A DNA stretch of 64,000 nucleotides. Source: the human T2T-CHM13v2.0 reference genome, Homo sapiens. This document shows positions 58,540 through 64,000 of this stretch, one piece after another. The DNA is taken from the NCBI RefSeq assembly GCF_009914755.1, contig NC_060936.1. One strand, written 5' to 3'. How positions within the stretch are numbered: position 1 is the stretch's first letter; every line of letters starts with the position of its first letter. Under the pieces are notes generated by a model, which searched no databases, had not been told where the DNA came from, and saw nothing but the letters and a program-made list of their open reading frames with translations. A program made the position numbers and the translations under genes.

Positions 58540-58818
58540 TTGGATAGTAATGTCCAATGCTGGATTCCTCTAACTGGAAATCTTTTCCTGGGGACTCCCC
58601 AGTGGCCTGGCTGAGAATCTCAGAACTACCTGAAACCTGAGCCTCTTCCTACTGAATCCTGCCTTTCATCTTCCCTTTTACAGGTGTCATACCTGTGATC
58701 TGTGGCACTTACTCCTTCCCTCTGTCCCTTAATTCTTCACAGATAATTCCCCCAAAAAACCTCTTACACATCCAGTCTCATTTTAGCCTTTATTTCTCTT
58801 AGTACCCAAACTGATACA
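58540..58818 (+). mobile_element. Old ERVL-type LTR fragment (LTR16-like)
   Basis: Terminal ccccaaaaaacctcttacacatccagtctc...acccaaactgataca resembles an ERVL LTR 3' end. Confidence 0.5.
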
Positions 58819-59066
58819 TTGAGTAAGAAATTTGCATTTGAATCTGATGCTCAAAAAAGAGTGAACTACAGAACCGAGTCAAAAAAATGTGATTCAAATG
58901 TTGATAGTTATCTTTGATAACTGTATGACATAAGCTCTTTTCCCTATCTACAAAATGAAAACAATGTTGATAATCCTGTGGGATTATTGAGAAGCTTTTT
59001 AAAAAAGATTCTTAAAAATATGGAAATTGAAATTTGGTTAAGTAACTTACTGATGCTCAAGCACTA

Positions 59067-59070
<4 letters not shown>

Positions 59071-59114
<44 letters not shown>
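59071..59114. repeat. (CA)22 perfect microsatellite
   Basis: Direct count, 44 bp. Confidence 0.97.
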
Positions 59115-59116
<2 letters not shown>

Positions 59117-60093
59117 GAGCTATAAGACCAAATGAAACAAGCAGAGCTTCTATACATATATTTTGGAGATATTTGTATGCATTGATGACAAATTATGAAT
59201 TATCATGGCTCTTCTAGAAGTTATTCTGTTAATCTGTTAAGGTTAAAAGTACATATATCTTTTGTTCTAGAAATTCTGCTCTTAGGAATCTATTTCATAG
59301 AGACAAAAAGATCAGTAAATAAAGCTCATTGTAAAACAAAGCTAATTATTGTAAAACATGTTTAAAAACTGGAGGAAAAGTGAATTCCCATCACCAGATG
59401 AACGGTTGAATAAATATGATGCAGCTGCACCATGATATATAATATAGTCATTAAGAAGAATGAGTTAGCTCTGTACCTGGTCACTTGGAAACATTTAACC
59501 AAGTTATATTTAAGCAAAAAAAGCAATATGAGGGGTAATTATAATACATACTAGAGCCCCATTAGAAAAAGCAAACAGTGAGAAGAGTGTGTTGTGCATG
59601 ACTATTTATGTATTTTTATATGATTATGTGAACATGGAAAAAAATATGGGATGCTATCATCTAGATGTTTAGCATGGATTAACTGTGGGAGGGGTGCTAG
59701 TATGACTAGAACAGAAATTAGTAAACCAGCTAAAAGAAGCAAAAGAAACTACACTAAAATTATAGTAAAAAGTAAATATGTTTATGCATTTATAAAAAAT
59801 ATATATGAGTGAGAGCATATATAAATTGAATTTTTAATATGCAAAGAGGAGTCAGGTGCCTGAAAATCACACCTGGGCTCTATTATCTCAGGGAAGTCTC
59901 AAATGTATAATTATGCTTTCAGGAGATAATAATTGCTAAATGTCTGCTGTCTCCAAGCACAATTCTCTATAATTTGTTATTTATGTTTGTCATCACTTTA
60001 TCTGTAAATTAACTGCATGAAAGGAGAAAGATTTTTTCTTTTGTTGATGAAACAATAACATCAATTGCAGTGATATTTCTTCTTTGTTTATAG

Positions 60094-60252
60094 CTCCAGC
60101 ACGACCAAAAACCAAACCAACCCCTATTTATGATGCCACAGGAAAACTGCTTGTGACTTCAACAACAATTACAATCAGAATGCCAATATGTTACTACAGT
60201 GATGATCATGGACCAATAAAAAATGTACAAGTGCTTGTGACAGAAACAGGAG
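60094..60252 (+). CDS. PTPRQ: PTPRQ coding exon, juxtamembrane FN3-like domain part 1 (APARPKTKP...VLVTETG)
   Basis: tttgtttatag|CTCCAG, GGAG|gtatca; 159 nt, phase 1-1; YSDDHGPIK motif typical of R3 RPTPs. Confidence 0.95.
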
Positions 60253-60863
60253 GTATCATCACATGTCAATTTATCTTGTTAAATTGTGGAGTGTAGATTA
60301 CTGAGTGCTAAAAAGAATTTAGTTCAAATTAAGATTGACTCCCAGTTATCACACACCTCTTGAGATTAATAGATTGTCAATATTATTATTAATGATACCA
60401 ATCATTTCTTTGTAAATAAATAAATTATTTATTTATTTTATTTGTAAAACTTTTATAAATGTCATTTATGTATACCAATTATTTATTCTTTTTTACCTAT
60501 CAAGAAAGGCACAGTTAAAATATGTGATTTATTAATTCCATATACTAGTAGATAAACATGTTTTGATTTTGGTAAGATGGAATCTTGATAGCTTCTTTGG
60601 AGGGGTGAACAAGTGAGTTACTCTTGATTGAGGGATGCTCTTTCTCTACCTGATAAATCATCCTTTATAACAGTTCCTGTAGATTCACATGTAACAGAGA
60701 AGAACAGGGTTACCTGCCTATACAGGTGGATCACTTGAATTATCTCTGGTGACTGATGTTGCATCGAGAGTCCCCTTATACAATTATAAAAACACTATTT
60801 ATAATTGTAAAAATATATTCATATGTTACTTGGAATTATTGTTCTCTTTGTTTCTGAAAACAG

Positions 60864-61086
60864 CTCAGCATGATGGAAATGTAACAAAGTGGTATGATGC
60901 ATATTTTAATAAAGCAAGGCCATATTTTACAAATGAAGGCTTTCCTAACCCTCCATGTACAGAAGGAAAGACAAAGTTTAGTGGCAATGAAGAAATCTAC
61001 ATCATAGGTGCTGATAATGCATGCATGATTCCTGGCAATGAAGACAAAATTTGCAATGGACCACTGAAACCAAAAAAGCAATACTT
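60864..61086 (+). CDS. PTPRQ: PTPRQ coding exon, juxtamembrane domain part 2 ([10 protein letters not shown]...[11 protein letters not shown])
   Basis: tctgaaaacag|CTCAG, TACTT|gtaagt; 223 nt, phase 1-2; CNGPLKP motif. Confidence 0.96.
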
Positions 61087-62770
61087 GTAAGTATAGGTTA
61101 TATCTACCATGCATTCTGTTAGCAAGCTAGTTAGTATCTTTCATCCATCCATCTGCCTGTCCTTTCATCTTTCCAATAAGCACTGGATGTCCGCCACGTA
61201 TAGTGACCTGATTTTTCTGGCACTAGGAATAGAAAGATAAACTGAAAATTATTCTTACATTCCATAAACATACAGTATTATAGGGGAAGCAGGCAACCCT
61301 AAGAGTAATTATGATTTGATATAAGTTACATAAAGACCATATGAAAAATGTGCTATTGGAGAACATAGGTATATAGGAGAATTTAATTCTTTCTGTAGAG
61401 GACAATGTGACTAATGTGTTTTTCACTTATTATTTTACCATCCATGCTGATGTACAGGATTTTTGAAACACTATCCTATCCTTTGATTTAACAGTGGCTT
61501 CCCTTTATGTCACTCATAACAATAACTCTCTGCTTTTTATCTCATGAATGAGTGATAGAAATATTTAATACCACCTTTAATATTTAGCTTTTTGTAGCCC
61601 CTAAAAACCCAACATTTTAAAATCAATTTGATATTTTGGCTGTATTAAATTATTTGCTAAATTGATTATCTTCCTTTTGAATTGATTATGTTATTTTTGT
61701 ATTGTAAGACTACAATTTTTAAAAGAATCATCTTATCCTTGTGTGATTTTCAAAATATAATTTTTACTAGTAATTTTTTAAATGCAGGTGCTTTCATTTG
61801 TGCCTGTTAGTTAAAACATTATCAAATTCTTTACAAATATCCTAAGCCAAGTTAACATTGGAAAAATTAGAGAAATTAGGCAAATAAAAATAATGCTTTA
61901 TCATCTCTATTAAATGCAATTACTTTGGTTCAAATTCTAGGTTATTGCCTGAATAGCTATACACATATGATAGTTATAAAAATGATATACTACCAAGTAT
62001 CATGTTTATTCATATTTATAGTTTATTTATTTTGCATATTTGTTCCTGAAACAGACTCTTCATATAACAAATAAAATCATAAGAATTTTATAATGGTAGA
62101 GGTTCAATCATGTATTGCAACGTATTGGTTTTATGTTTTTAAATGCCCTTGTGCCTTTATTTTTAAATTAAGTAAATTTCAATTGTCTCTGAGGATCTTA
62201 GATTCTTTTTGTAATTTTTAAGCTTGATCTTCTTCTGTATCCTTTACTTCAAATGCTATGGAAGCAAAAAAGTATACAAATGCAACTGTGCACACACAGA
62301 AATAACAAACATTTTCTTAATGTGTTTATATGTGAACAAGACAAGTTCTATATCATCATTTTAATCTAATTCACTAGCATTTGCAAAAGTGATTGAGGCA
62401 TAACAGTTATGCCTTTTATTTATAAATTATGTTAGTGTAACACCCTTCACAGATATCAAATCATTCCATCTAAACAAATCCTTGAAGGAGGTGAGCTGAT
62501 TCAGTTGTTCAAACTGCTAACTGCTCACGAGTTTACCAAATTTTTAGCCCCTGCCTCATCAAATTCAATGGGTCAAAGTACGAGATAATTATTTGTCTCA
62601 TATAAATATAGCATATATTTCTCCTGATGATGATTCCATTCCAAATTTTCATCTTGTAAATTCATTTTCTTTTGAATTAAATAAATAGTTTTTATAATTA
62701 CTTCTTGAGTTATTCATAGGAAAAATCACATGATATGCAAAGTGTTGATTTTTCTTTTTTTATTTTATAG

Positions 62771-62844
62771 ATTTAAATTTAGAGCTACAAATATTATGGG
62801 ACAATTTACTGACTCTGATTATTCTGACCCTGTTAAGACTTTAG
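62771..62844 (+). CDS. PTPRQ: PTPRQ coding exon just upstream of the transmembrane exon ([25 protein letters not shown])
   Basis: tattttatag|ATTT, TTAG|gtaaga; 74 nt, phase 2-1; frame continuous with previous exon. Confidence 0.95.
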
Positions 62845-63084
62845 GTAAGACATTTTTGTAATTCATTTATAATCTCAACATATTTATCAAAGTTGGAACA
62901 TTTATTAGTAAATGTATTAATCCATGTCTAGATGTTTTAAAATATAAACTCATTTAAATGTTAATTAGCCTCTCTAGTAATATTTGTGGGTTTTTAAAAT
63001 TTTTTCTTTTAGGTTTAGGAGTACCTGTGAAGGTTTGTTACACAAACATCTGTCATCTCATCTTAACTATCCTTTAAGTTAGGT

Positions 63085-63282
63085 CAGTGCTTCTCAGAGG
63101 GATTTTATACCCCAGGGGATATTTGGCAAAGTCTGGAGCCATTTTTGGCTGCCATAACAGGATGGTAGTGGTGGTGGTGCATGCTACTGGCATCTAGTGG
63201 GCAAAGATTAGGAATGCTGCTAAATTTCCACAATGCACAAAACAGCCCGTAATGTCAGTGGTCCTGAGGATGAGAAACTCTG
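63085..63282. mobile_element. MER20 (hAT-Charlie)
   Basis: caggggatatttggcaaagtctggag...tgctactggcatctagtggg...tgagaaactctg. Confidence 0.88.
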
Positions 63283-63299
63283 ACTTAAGCCCTAATGTT

Positions 63300-63550
63300 G
63301 ACTCCATTTTACAGATGAGGAAACCAACACCCAGATTCTTTCAGTATTTAAGTGGCTAGGCCAGGATTCCAACATTACAGAACAGGATTTCATAACATTA
63401 CATTACAAATATGGGATTTAGACCTGGGTTCAAATCTTGGCTCTGTCACTTGAGAAAATAATTTAATTTCTATAAATCTGAGTTTCCTTTGTTGGGAAAA
63501 TATTGATAAGAGTATCATCCTTGAGGGGTTGTTGAAGTTTTGTGTAAAAC
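63300..63550. mobile_element. Two MIR fragments in opposite orientation
   Basis: ccattttacagatgaggaaac (-) and gacctgggttcaaatcttggctctgtcact (+). Confidence 0.75.
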
Positions 63551-64000
63551 AACATATATAAATATATTAATATTTTATAGTTAGTAAATTTTTAAAGTTT
63601 AATAGCTTTTTTGGATAGGTTATAATAAAATATTTTAGAAACATTTTTATTTAGGAGAAATTATTTCTCTAGAATTTCACTGAGAGGATCACAACATTCT
63701 ACGTTGTTTGTGCCAGGCCCTCAAAAGCCCCAGTTTATTCGTCTTAAAGAATTGCATGAACAGGGTATTTCTGGGGCACCACTTGAAAATGTAAGACTTC
63801 ATGTGTTGCCCAGATCCTGGCGAGCTGTTGCTCAGTGTATCTTGAACTGCTAATAGACTTCAGTGAGAGTTATGACTGGAGAAAGACGGATTGTCCCACC
63901 ATTTTTAGCCAGAAATTCTCATTGGGTTATGGAAATACTAATTGTATAAAAAGCCAGCCTCCACAGCCTCTACATGTAGTCAAGGAAACTTTGCATCTTG

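Overview
AT-rich primate (almost certainly human) genomic DNA from inside PTPRQ, the hair-bundle receptor-type phosphatase gene (DFNB84A/DFNA73), transcribed on the + strand. Eight GT-AG internal exons (28841-29164, 45771-45892, 51151-51337, 54304-54548, 56910-56976, 60094-60252, 60864-61086, 62771-62844) splice into one open 1401-nt frame (467 codons). It encodes three FN3 repeats and the membrane-proximal FN3-like domain. The first 28.8 kb is a single intron dense in nested Alu, L1, MaLR and DNA-transposon insertions. I see no prokaryote-type system and cannot claim a wholly new biological system. The most important hidden function is probably non-coding: a repeat-free block at about 39.7-40.1 kb has TEAD, Pax3/7-like and DUX4-type motifs and appears to be the long-range enhancer of the neighbouring MYF5 gene (ortholog of mouse ECR111). 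It sits near the start of a 27-kb stretch almost free of primate retrotransposons. Other unusual structures are an Alu-L1 fusion inside one TSD pair, an ancient inverted L1 with a locally templated insert at the junction, a target site used twice with a fold-back filler, and three overlapping perfect AT palindromes. Subfamily names and boundaries of old repeats are by eye and approximate.
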